A stretch of DNA of 64,000 nucleotides from the human T2T-CHM13v2.0 reference genome, Homo sapiens, in the NCBI RefSeq assembly GCF_009914755.1, contig NC_060926.1; one strand, 5' to 3'. The notes below the pieces were generated by a model. The model worked only from the letters and a program-made list of their open reading frames with translations, did not search any database and was not told the DNA's origin. Both the position numbers and the translations under genes were made by a program. Shown one piece after another: positions 39,894 to 51,458 of this stretch; within the stretch, counting starts at the first letter, position 1, and every line of letters begins with the position of its first letter.

Positions 39894-41562
39894 GATACAT
39901 GTGCAGAACGTGCAGGTTTGTTACATAGGTATACACATGCCATGGTGTTTTGCTGCACCCATCAACTCATCATCTACATTAGGTATTTCTCCTAATGCTA
40001 TTCCTCCCCTAACCTCCCATGCCCCAACAGTCCCTGGTGTGTGATGTTCTCCTCCCTGTGTCCATGTGTTCTCATTGTTCAACTCTCACTTATGAGTGAG
40101 ACCATGTGGTTTTCTGTTCCTATATTAGTTTGCTGAGAATGATGGTTTCCAGCTTCATCCATGTCCCTGCAAAGGACATGAACTCATTCTTTTTTATGGC
40201 TATGGCTGCATACTATTCCATGATGTGTATGTGCTTCATTTCCTTTATCCAGTCTATCATCGATGGGCATTTAGGTTTGTTCCAAGTCTTTGCTTTTGTA
40301 AATAGTGCTACAATAAACATATGTGTGCATGTGTCTTTTTAGTAGAATAATTTATAACCCTTTGGTTATATACCCAGTAACGGGATTGCTGGGTCAAATG
40401 GTCTTTCTGGTTCTAGATCCTTGAGGAATCACCACACTGTCTTCCACAATGGTTGAACTAATTTACACTCCCACAAACAGTGTAAAAGTGTTCGTATCCC
40501 CCCACATCCTCTCCAGCATCTGTTGTTTCCTGACTTTTTAATGATCACCATTCTAACTGGTATGAGTTGGTATCTCATTGTGGTTTTGATTTGCATTTCT
40601 CTAATGACCAATGATGATGAGCTTTTTTTCATGTTTCTTGGCCACATAAATGTCTTCTTTTGAGAAGTGTCTGTTCATATGCTTCACCCATTTTTTGATG
40701 TGGTTTTTTTTTTTTGTAAATTTGTTTAAGTTCTTTGTCGATTCTGGATATTAGCACTTTGTCAGATGGATAGATTGCAAAAATTTTCTCCCATTCTGTA
40801 GTTTGCCTGTTTACTCTGATGATAGTTTATTTTGCTGTGCAGAAGCTCTTTAGTTTGGTTAGATCCCATTTGTCAATTTTGGCTTTTGTTGCAATTGCTT
40901 TTGGTGTTTTAGTCATGAAGTCTTTGCCCATGCCTATGTTCTGAATGGTATTGCCTTGGTTTTCTTCTAGGGTTTTTATGGTTTTAGTCTTAATATTTAA
41001 GTGTTTCATCCATCTTGAGTTAATTTTTGTATAAGGTATAAGGAAGGGGTCCAGATTCAGTTTTCTGCATATGGCTAGCCAGTTTTCCCAACACCATTTA
41101 TTAAATAGGGAATCCTTTCCCCATTGCTTGTTTTTCTCAGGTTTGTCAAAGATCAGATGGTTGTAGATTTGTGGTCTTATTTCTGAGGTCTCTGTTCTGT
41201 TCCATTGGTCTATATCTCTGTTTTGGTACCAGTACCATGCTGTTTTAGTTACTATAGCCTTGTAGATTCAAGTCAGGTAGCATGATGCCTCCAGCTTTGT
41301 TCGTTTTGCTGAGGATTGCCTTGGCTCTGTGGGCTTTTTTTGGTTCCATATGAAATTTAAAGTAGTTTTTTCCTAATTCTGTGATGAAAGTCAATGGTAG
41401 CTTGATGGGGATAGCATTGAATCTATAAATTACTTGGGGCAGTATGGCCATTTTCACTTTATTGATTCTTCCTATCCATGATCATGGAATGTTTTTCCAT
41501 TTGTTTGTGTCCTCTCTTATTTCCTTGAGCAGTGGTTTGTAGTTCTCCTTGAAGAGACCCTT
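39894..41562 (-). mobile_element. L1PA7-like, non-inverted 3' portion (ORF2 C-terminal part plus 3'UTR)
   Basis: Minus ORFs [69 protein letters not shown]; 3'UTR GATACATGTGCAGAACGTGCAGG. Confidence 0.95.
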
Positions 41563-42920
41563 AATCATCAGATTCACCAAGGTTGAAATGAAGGAAAAAG
41601 TGTTAAGGCAGCCAGAGAGAAAGGTCGGGCTACCCACAAAGGGAAGCCCATAAGACTAACAGCAGATGTCTCTGCAGAAACCCTACAAGCCAGAAGAGAG
41701 TGGGGGCCAATATTCAACATTATTAAATAAAAGAATTTTCAACCCAGAATTTCATATCCAGTCAAACTAAGATTCATAAGCGAAGAAGAAATAAAATCCT
41801 TTACAGACAAGCAAATGTTGAAAGATGTTTTCACCACCAGGCCCGCCTTACAGGACCTCCTGAGGGATGCACTAAATACGGAAAGGAAAAACTGATACCA
41901 GCCACTGCAAAAACATACAAAATTATAAAGATCATCAACACTATGAAGAAGCTGCATCAACTAACGGGCAAAATAACCAACTAGCATCATAATGACAGGA
42001 TTAAATTCACACATAATAATATTAACCTTAAATGAAAATGGGCTAAATGTCCCAATTAAAAGGCACAGACTGGCAAATTGAATAAAGATTCAAGACCCGT
42101 TTGTGTGCTGTATTCAGGAGACCCATCTCATGTGCAAAGACACACATAGGCTCAAAATAAAGGGATGGAGGGCATCCTGGTCAACATGGTGAAACCCCAT
42201 CTCTACTAAAAATACAAAAATTAGCTGGGTGTGGTGGCCTGTGCCTGTAGTCACAGCTACTTGGGAGGCTGAGGCAGGAGAATCACTTGAACCAGAGAGT
42301 CAGAGGTTGCAGTGAGCCAAGATCTCACCACTGCTCTCCAGCCTGGTGATAGAGCAAGACTCCATCTCGAAATAATAACAACAATAATAAATAAAATATA
42401 AATAAATAAATAAAGTGATGCAGGGATATTTACCAAGCAAATGGAAAGCAAAAAAAAAAAAAAAAAAAAAAAAAAGCAGAGGTTGCAATCCTAGTCTTCT
42501 GATAAAACAGATTTTAAACCAACAAAGATCAAAAAAGACAAAGAAGGGCATTACATACTGGTAAAGGGATCAATGCAACAAGAAAAGCTAACTGTCCTAA
42601 ATATATATGCACCCAATACAGGAGCACCCAGATTCATAAAGCAAGTTCTTAAAGACCTACAAAGAGACTTAGCCCCACACAATAATTGTGGGAGACTATA
42701 ACTAACCCACTGTCAATATTAGACAGATAACAAGACAGAAAATTAACAAGGATATTCAGGACTTGAACTCAGCTCTGGACCAAGCAGACCTAATAATAGA
42801 TATCTACAGAACTCTCCACCCCAAATCAACAGAATATACATTCTTCTCAGCACCACATCACACTTTTTCTAAAACTGACCGCATAATTGGAAGTAAAACA
42901 CTCCTCGGCAAATGCAAAAG
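41563..42920 (+). mobile_element. Inverted 5' portion of the same L1PA (ORF1 C-terminus, inter-ORF, ORF2 endonuclease)
   Basis: ATCAGATTCACCAAGGTTGAAATGAAGGAAAA (ORF1 [10 protein letters not shown]); ORF2 start ATGACAGGA at 41992; ends AAGTAAAACACTCCTCGGCAAATGCAAAAG. Confidence 0.93.
42173..42407 (+). mobile_element. 5'-truncated AluSc inside L1 ORF2
   Basis: Begins CATCCTGGTCAACATGGTG; CCAGCCTGGTGATAG; TSD AAATAAAGGGATGGAGGG / AAATAAAGTGATGCAGGG. Confidence 0.9.
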
Positions 42921-43960
42921 TTTTCTTTAAGAGATGTTAAGTATGTGGGCTATTCAACTAACTTTGTCTAGCAGATAATGCATAATTATAATGCTGGAAC
43001 TCACCATTGATGTTAGATTTGGAAGCATTGATTTGTCTATGATGAGCCTACAGAAGGTATGAAAGTGAATGAACTCACTCAAAAACATATAGCGCTGGAA
43101 GAGAACCTAGGCAGAAGCTTGGAAAAACACTAACATTTACAGGTTGGGCAGAGAAGGAGCCCCAAGGAGACTTGGTATCAAGAAAGTTATTAGTGGTAGA
43201 AGTAAATTTTCAGTGACAGAATGTAAATGACTTGTTAAAAATGTTTGACTGTGAAAGGGAAGAGAAAAGTTAGTTGATATTTGAGGTGAATGTGGGGGCT
43301 GAAGAGTAATTCCTTTTTAAAATGGGAGAGAGCTTAATATATGCACACAGTTTTGGAGGTTATGATAATCCAACCTGGGGATAAAGTTTACCTTTGAGCA
43401 GCTCATGAAAAAAGGATTTGCTAAGCAAAGGAAGGATGTTAACACATTTGTGGAGAGGCATATTTAACCTACTAAAGAGAACAAAGTGCTTCTCTGCACT
43501 CTAACAGCAGCTATTTGCATAGGCACGGTGTGATTAAAGATTGCTCTTACCTTCTCCCTAGAGTCAAGCTTGTCTTTGACAGTACTTTGTTAGTGATGAT
43601 TTTGAATATCAAAGTTTGTTTGTTCATGTGTTGTTTCCTTCATTCTCCAGCTTTCCAGGTACTGTTCTAGGTGTTAAGAATTCAAAGAAGGCAAAGTTGT
43701 TCTTTCCTCAGAAATCAAGTGTCTAGGGGAGGAGAGAGACATTGAGAGTACAGTAAGTGAATTCTGGGAGGGAGGCTCAGGCGCAGGAGGAGGCACCAGC
43801 CAGCCTGTGGCAGGAGTCAGGGGATAATGTCTTCCTGGAGACTTCCCTGAAGCCTGGGAGGTTGAGTAAGAATTTGCTAAGTTACATTTCTTTCAGTATA
43901 TTACATCATTCATAATTTCTACTAATTCAGCCATAATTTTTCCTCCTAACACCTTTATAT

Positions 43961-44996
43961 TAGGAGTCAGCACACTTGCTCTCCTAATATAAAGAGACTT
44001 GCTCTCCTAATATATTAGGAGTCAGCACACTTGCATCTCCTAATCGGGTGACAGGAAATATTTTTATTGTAGCAGGCCATACAGTTTCTGTGACAACTAC
44101 TCAACTTAACCTTTGTGGTGTGGAAACAGTTATAGACAATACAGAAATGATGGACATGGCTACTGAAAATATTTAATTTCCCCCTGAGCTCTGTGATCCT
44201 GGAAAACAGAAGGTTAAGGACTCCCCTACCCTTTGTTTTGGGACACGGCTTACTGCAAAAACCACCCTAATTCATATATAAGACTCAGATAAAACCCATG
44301 ATTCCTTACTTTTTTCTCCTGACAAGGCCAGGCATAAACCGTCCACATTTTCATTTTTTTTCTTGCCTCATAAATAATTAGCTGAACTGTTCTGCTACTA
44401 CTGAAGAATGGGAATAAAATGCTTTTAACCAGTCTTTGGTTGTTTCTCTCCTTTCTCCTAAGCCCCTGAACTTTCGCCCTTCTTCAACCTTAGGCATTAC
44501 ACAGCCCTCCGTAAGGATTGCTCCCTGAAAATAGGCTGGCCTCAGCATAAAACATTCTACTATCTCATCTACTCTCTGATCATACCACCCTTTTAACTCA
44601 CCTCCCCACACTCGGTTTTTTTCAGCCTTGCCCGTTCCCCTCCAGAAAAGACTTGCTGATCCTACGGTCAAAGCCTACTTTCCATTTCAGTTGTCTCCGT
44701 CTCCCTCTCTCAATTACAATCTTTCCCTCTCCTCCCTCCCTTGCAATAATCCTTTGCAAGAAAATCTTTTCTTTGTTTCTGGATTTGTTCATAAAATTGA
44801 CTTATTGATACTGTGTGCCAATAAAGCACACTAAAATTTGAATTTTATATAACTTTCAAGAGGCACAAAATTTTATTATTCTTTTGATTTTTTTCCCAAC
44901 CTTTTAAAAATGTAAGAATCATTCTTAGCTCACAGGTCATACAAAAACAAATGGTAGGCCAGATTTGACCTGAGGGCCATAGTTTGCCAATCTTTG
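43961..44996 (-). mobile_element. MER58B hAT DNA transposon split by an ERV1 LTR
   Basis: TIR-like TAGGAGTCAGCACACTT and AGTTTGCCAATCTTTG; GGCCATACAGTTTCTGTGACAACTACTCAACT; CATTCTTAGCTCACAGG; 8-bp TSD CTTTATAT / CTTTATAA. Confidence 0.88.
44164..44808 (+). mobile_element. ERV1 solo LTR, MER31/MER67-like
   Basis: GGCTTACTGCAAAAACCACCCT, TGACAAGGCCAG, CCTCATAAATAATTAGCTGAACTG, AATAGGCTGGCCTCAG; the MER58B sequence resumes after it. Confidence 0.7.
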
Positions 44997-45044
44997 CTTT
45001 ATAATAAAGAGACATCAGGTTTAACAGAACCTGATTCTCCTGAC

Positions 45045-45160
45045 TTTATTCAATTCAATAAGCACTTATTAAGTGCTTACTCTATGCTTAGCATTATTCT
45101 ACGTCCTGGAGATACAGTCATGAACAATATAAATATTGTCCTACTTTCAAGGAATTTAGA
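45045..45160 (-). mobile_element. L2 fragment
   Basis: TTCAATAAGCACTTATTAAGTGCTTACTCTATGC...CTGGAGATACAGTCATGAACAA. Confidence 0.8.
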
Positions 45161-45174
45161 AATAGAAGCATAGT

Positions 45175-45220
45175 ATTACTTGTAATGGCAAAAACCGCAA
45201 TTAGTTTTGCACCAACCTAA
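45175..45220. mobile_element. Half MADE1 (Hsmar1 mariner MITE, single TIR)
   Basis: ATTACTTGTAATGGCAAAAACCGCAATTAGTTTTGCACCAACCTAA followed by TA; near-identical to the MADE1 3' half. Confidence 0.9.
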
Positions 45221-45687
45221 TATTTAACTTCACCATTCTCTGCTCCTCTTACATATGTGATGCTTAATGCAGGCTGTGGTCGACGTGTTATAACCACACG
45301 GTGTTACTATGCATATAGGCCACTGACTGCCTTAATGAATATATTCCACGTTCTCAACCTTATTAAATGCTTTTCCCTATGTAAAAGTCAACCTAGAAGA
45401 CTATGCCTTCATTCCAATAACACTGTAATCATTCAAAATAAATGTTGAATTTCTCCTTGAAAATGGTCTTCAGATTGTAGCAAATTATTTAAGTTTTTCC
45501 TGTAGTGACTTTTTTTACATGTTAATGGTGAATTTCAATGTTAGAAACTACAAAGATCATTTGAAGCCAAGTCAGATAAGAAAGGGTAAATAAAGAGAAC
45601 AAGCAAAGCTTCTCCCCCGTGAAACACAAGGTCTCTGATTTCAAGGCAATCCATTAGAAAATTTACACAATATTTGAATAACTGAAT

Positions 45688-46371
<684 letters not shown>

Positions 46372-48189
46372 TAACTCTTCACAAATTTCCTAAAGGAGAC
46401 TCTAGAAAATTTTGACCCATGTCAGTATTTTGGGAAGGATTTTCCACTCACCAGAAAAAGCTCTATAGAAAAGAAAGGCACTCATTTACATGTACAAGTT
46501 TTTGTCAGTTTTAGAAATCACAAACCATATTTTTATGACTTCATTGTGTGTGCATGTATGTGTATGTATGGTACATGTCTGATGAACACCCCCTAACTAG
46601 AATATGAATTCTAGGCCCGTAGTCACCTGCACATCTAAAGAAAAGCATGAGATACATCTATGTGGTGTGACCATGTTGGAGTCTTTCTTGTTTAATATCT
46701 CCAGGAAGAAAACTGCCTAGAGTCTCTTCAGAGAATAAGTGCTTAGCTAGAAACACAAAGCGAGAGGAGGGGGAGAAAGAGACATACCCATGAATAAAAC
46801 CCAATCCTGAAACATCTAAGATGTTAAATTTACCTTGATAAGAAAGCTCAGCCTGACACAGTTCTTCCCCTGGGCTGCGAGAGCCGCGCAGCGAGTTGCT
46901 TGGATGTATAACATGCCAGAATACTTATTACTTCCCTGAGCATTAGAACCCTCAAATATGGCATTTCCACAATTATTAAGAACATAGGTAATAATAAAAA
47001 AGAATGTAAGACCTAGTGAACTAATGCTGATACTGATTAGAAAAAATGGGTTGAATCAGTGAATAATGTATAAGACAGAGATTTACAGCTATCCGCTTTT
47101 TGGACAAATAAAAGAGTTACTAGCTATTCCACTTATAAGAATCAGTTATCAACTTTCCGTGTCACATAAAGCATTTTTTTGTTTTGTTACCTACATCAGA
47201 ATTTGATTTTCACTTCTTCTTTAATTTATTTTTCTTTCATCTTTAAAAAACATAAGAAGTATCTAACGTGCCAGTCTGTGATGGGAGCTGGGAGTATAAA
47301 GAAAAATAAGTCTAAGACCCAGCCTTAGAAAAGTTGATGGTCTTGAGAAGGAAATAGCACATAAAAGGAATGCCAAGGTAAATTAAGTGTCATAATGCAA
47401 TGTTGTCAAAGTATAGTGGGCAAAAAATAGAGACCTGCACCCTTCTCTGAGTATGGATGGCAAAGTATTCAATAAACAAGCCCAAGTATTAATAAAAAAG
47501 ATGAGGGAATCATTGCATCCTATTTCTTCCTCATTCCGTTCCCTTAATAAAAACTGCAGGGTTGGGTAAGTTCAGGAGCAACCAGAATCAATTTACCAGG
47601 CAAAAAAGGAGAGGATAGGAATGATACATTTTATGAACTTACTACTTTAGGAGAAAGACACATTATTTTGGTGGCAGTGGGCAACTAGGTAGAAAGAGAT
47701 TGCTATTAAGTGAAAAATGAGCTTCCACAGGAAGCCACGACAATGAAAGTAACAATTAAATCTTCCTCTAACTTAGGTTGCATTGTAAGTGCTTAGCTGA
47801 AAAATGTGTCTGTACCTCCGGGCCTGCAGCAATGACATCTGTTATATTGTAGGAACAGAAAGCTAATGAGGTGGAATCTGGAGTAGTGAGCTTAATTGGG
47901 CTTGTTTTGATTAAGTGTATGTGCTGGGAATATTCTAATCACTTGTCTGAATTGCAAAACAGCCATTGTAAGCCCCCAAATTCTTGCAACCATTTGTGTA
48001 TCCGTTTTAGAATAGATAAGGAAATTGTATGGAGGAAACGGTAAACTGTAAAGCAAAAATTATCTAAAGTTCATATTAAGTAAAATGTATGTAGTGTTCT
48101 TTGCCTAATTAGCGACTTTAGGTCTAAATAGGAGCACCGTCAAACATGCCTGCTGTTCACTGTAAGTGAAGGCATCTGCCCTGAGAAGC

Positions 48190-48365
48190 ATGAAATGTCA
48201 GAGCCTGAAGGACCACAGCCAACATTATGCCATCCCATTCCCTCCACTTGTAGAGAATCTGAGGCCCAGAGAGAAAGGGGCTTTCCCAACATCAGCATGG
48301 AATCTGCGGCAAGGTTAAGCAAGAACCGAGGTCTCCTAATCCCTACTCCATGATTCCTTCCTCTC
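48190..48365 (-). mobile_element. MIR SINE
   Basis: CTGAGGCCCAGAGAGAAAGGGGCTTTCCCAAC...AGAACCGAGGTCTCCTAATCCC. Confidence 0.75.
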
Positions 48366-48554
48366 TTCTGCTCCCCAGTCTGTGAAGTGAGAGGACTCCT
48401 GAGGACAGGAAGGGTTTGAAGTATCATTTCTCAACCCAACAGCCAAGATTGGTTATAGCTGTCTTTAGCCTCAAGTAATGACCATGGGATTTTGTTGTCT
48501 TTATTACACTCTATTCCAATTTGATTTTTCTCCTCTGCAGAACTGAAATTAAAT

Positions 48555-48702
48555 ATTTATTTGTATAAATATCTGCTTAATATTTGTCTTCTTTTCTGGA
48601 CTGTATGTTTCATGAGTGCATCCCCGTGTCCCTGAAAGCAGTGCCATTCTGGCACATAGTGTATTTCCATAAGTATTTGCCAAATGAAAAGATGAATTTA
48701 TG
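48555..48702 (+). mobile_element. L2 3' end
   Basis: TGGACTGTATGTTTCATGAG...CTGGCACATAGT...ATAAGTATTTGCCAAATGAA. Confidence 0.7.
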
Positions 48703-49850
48703 AAAAAAAGAAATGACCCTTTTGATCTAGCAGAGGAAAATGACCCAAATCTAAAAGGGACATTAAAGAATACTCCTATAAGGGAGGCTTCTCTGCTTTG
48801 GAAATAGGCATATTTGGAGAAGAGAGAGGTAGAGAAATAAAGGTCCATCTTGAAGGAGGAAAGGAAAGGTGGGCTTAGAAATGAGGGAAAAGAGCTCCTG
48901 GACCTTGGACAAATACATTTCTAAAAAAGGTTTGGGATATTAATGTTCAGAGTTTCCCTAATCCAATTCACTTCTTCAATTCACTTCAGTTTAAAAAGCA
49001 TTTCCTGGACACTCGTTTAGTTTAGAGCTGTGTTAAGCCTTGGGAGACAGGGATGAGCAGACTCAGCCCCTGCTCTCTAGGACCTAAGAGCCAAGAAGTG
49101 ATGAACTGTGGCACGCCTCCCTAAGTGCCAGCATGTGCAGACTCTGTCCGTCGATGCTGATAATCTCCAAACAAGCATCTGTGCACCCCAGTGTCTAATG
49201 CAAAATATGGATGGAAAAAACGATGTATAGATGGAAAAAATGCTACCATGAGGTACTGAGGCCATTAAAGAAATGAGGTCAGAGACCAGAGAGAGAAACA
49301 GTATAAAAGCAAGAGTGAGAATAAGAGCAAGCAAACAAGAGAAATAATATTTGCGATAAACTTCCAAGGTCAGCAATGAAAGTAACTAGAATAAATACTC
49401 TTAATAAGGAGTGAGACACCTGAAAGAAAAAAAAACTAAAAAGGACATAGCCTCTGACTCAAGCAGTTATGACTATGACAAATGTTACGGAGCTGTATTT
49501 AAAAATTATCTTCATGATAAAGAGGTCCAGGTCAAACCTCAGCATTTTCACTCAACCTTGACAAAATTGACCTATCACTCCTGTACTCACAAACCTATTT
49601 TGCAGTGCCCTTTGAATGAAGTAGGAATGGGAAAGGTATGGGAGCTGAAAAACAATCACAAAACACAGGAAAATAAGAGCAGGTTATATGAAGCCAATTT
49701 CCCTTAACTGCCAGCATCAAGGGCCAAACATGCAGAAGGAACATGAATAATCAAAGTAAATTTTAATTAGTTTTAATCCTTCCTTGCTCTGCTATAAATA
49801 GGGTGGGCTGTTTCCAAGCATCTGACTATTACCTTGGCACGTATGTAATA

Positions 49851-49970
49851 TTTACTGGTACACAGAAACACTAAGCAACAATTTAGGATGGATATTAAAG
49901 AAAAATGCCTTACTCAATGTAAACTGCAGAGATAATTTAGGCTGGCAGAATGTAATTACCCAAACTGGAA
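49851..49970 (-). mobile_element. AmnSINE1 (DeuSINE) fragment
   Basis: Reverse complement TTCCAGTTTGGGTAATTACATTCTGCCAGCCTAAATTATCTCTGCAGTTTACATTGAG...CCTAAATTGTTGCTTAGTGTTTCTGTG is collinear with the recalled AmnSINE1 consensus (TTCCAACTTGGGTAATTACATTCTGCCTACCTAAATTCCCCTGCAGTTTCAATTGG...CCTAAACTGTTGTGTAGTGTTGCTGTG). Confidence 0.8.
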
Positions 49971-51331
49971 CACATTCCTCAAGGGAGCAGGAAAGCATGA
50001 GAAGACAGTATGCTATTGCACCCTGTGATGAGAGTGGCAGTTTTGGAAAATGAAAAGAAAATGAACTAGAGATGAAGTTATATAAGAAGACCTGCCCCTT
50101 TTGGTGGCCTTTGGTGAGAAGTGGGGGAACTGGGGGAATTTCACGGCAGCAACTGCTGCATTGAAAAAAACCTTTAAGTTCATTTCATCTAACAGCACAT
50201 CCTCCTTAGGGGGGTGCTCAGTGTTTACTTGAGCACTGCTATGATGGCGTGTTGACAACTTTCCCACAATGTCAAAATGGTCCCTTTTATGGAGCTAAGA
50301 ATTTACATCCTATGATGTCTATCAGTTGGACTTTGTTTGGCTCTTTAGAGCCATCCAATATGCCTGTTTCCTCCTCTAGCAAGTTACTTTCAAATATTTT
50401 AATACATTTTTTGTTAACTCTTAGTATTATTATTATTGTTAACTCTCAGTATTATTCCTCCAGTTAAATGTCCACTCAGTTTTCAATTGTACCTTATATG
50501 ATACATTGGTAGACCCTTAAATATTTCAGTCCAACACCTTAAGACAGGCTGTCATTAATTTTTTCCATCCTAGTGTCCAGAATGGGATGTGTTACTCTAG
50601 TATATGAGAGGGCTTGCCTAACACCTTAATAGATCTGAAAATTATAGTTGTGTGAATTCTATGAGAAGAGGCGGCGTCTCACATCCTATTTTAGGTGAAA
50701 TGACAGGGCATGGTGGAGTAGGTTGTATTGTCTTTTCTGTTCTCTTGACCACACAGATAAAACCTATAAGTGGCAGCACTATCCTAGTCAAAAACTTAGA
50801 AAATATTCTATGAGTCTATAGGTTTTCTGTTGAAAATTGTTCTGCCTTTGGTCCCAATTCTATTTTTTCTCAATATCTCTGTTCAGAAAGCATTATGTCG
50901 TGATAATATCATAGAGGTCTTATGGATGAATCACTATTGATAGTATTATCTAATGGATGCAATATCTAATGGATCAATTCCATTGATGTGCAGCATGATG
51001 TCAGGATGTGGGGATGAGTGGGAATTTCTATGGATGTCTACACTGTCACTTGTCAAAGAAGCAAATTTAATATTGCCTTGAGTTTCTCCCTTCATATAAG
51101 CAATATTTTGCTATAATTACTCTAATTTAATATTACTTCATCACTCAAAACAAGCCAAAGGTAAAACAGAATACAAAATCAAAATATAAACTGTAGAGAA
51201 ACTCTGAGATGAGACGTTTGTCGGGAAAAGATGTTGGCTAGTGAATTCATCAGCTCTAGTTCAGAGTAAGCCACCCTGAAGAGGATGCCCTGGTAATAAT
51301 AGTGATCTCCACACTGCTGACACAGGTTGTA

Positions 51332-51458
51332 TGTTTCTGTTTCTTCTTTTCTACACTGTTAAGTTCAAGGGACACCCTATCTTTGTCACTGTTTTTGTTT
51401 CTTCTTTTCTACACTGTTAAGTTCAAGGGACACCCTCTCTTTGTCACTGTTTTTGTTT
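51332..51458. repeat. 58-bp tandem duplication (~2.2 copies)
   Basis: Units start at 51332 and 51390; two mismatches. Confidence 0.95.

Larger units (their letters stand above)
39003..43330 (-). mobile_element. L2 element interrupted by the inverted L1PA (L2 parts ~39003-39845 and ~42930-43330)
   Basis: TATTTATTGAATGTCAATCATGTGCCAGG start; resumes with CCTAGGCAGAAGCTTGGAAAAACACTAACATTTACAGGTTGGGCAGAGAAGGAG. Confidence 0.7.

Noticed and set aside
41992-42920. Functional L1 ORF2 endonuclease
   Set aside because: Disrupted by stop codons, an AluSc insertion and an expanded A-run at ~42450-42476.
50090-50110. CTCF-like motif GGCCACCAAAAGGGGCAG (also GCGCCCCCCTG at ~2020)
   Set aside because: Core spacing is off by 1-2 nt from CCACCAGGGGGCGC; unlikely to score.
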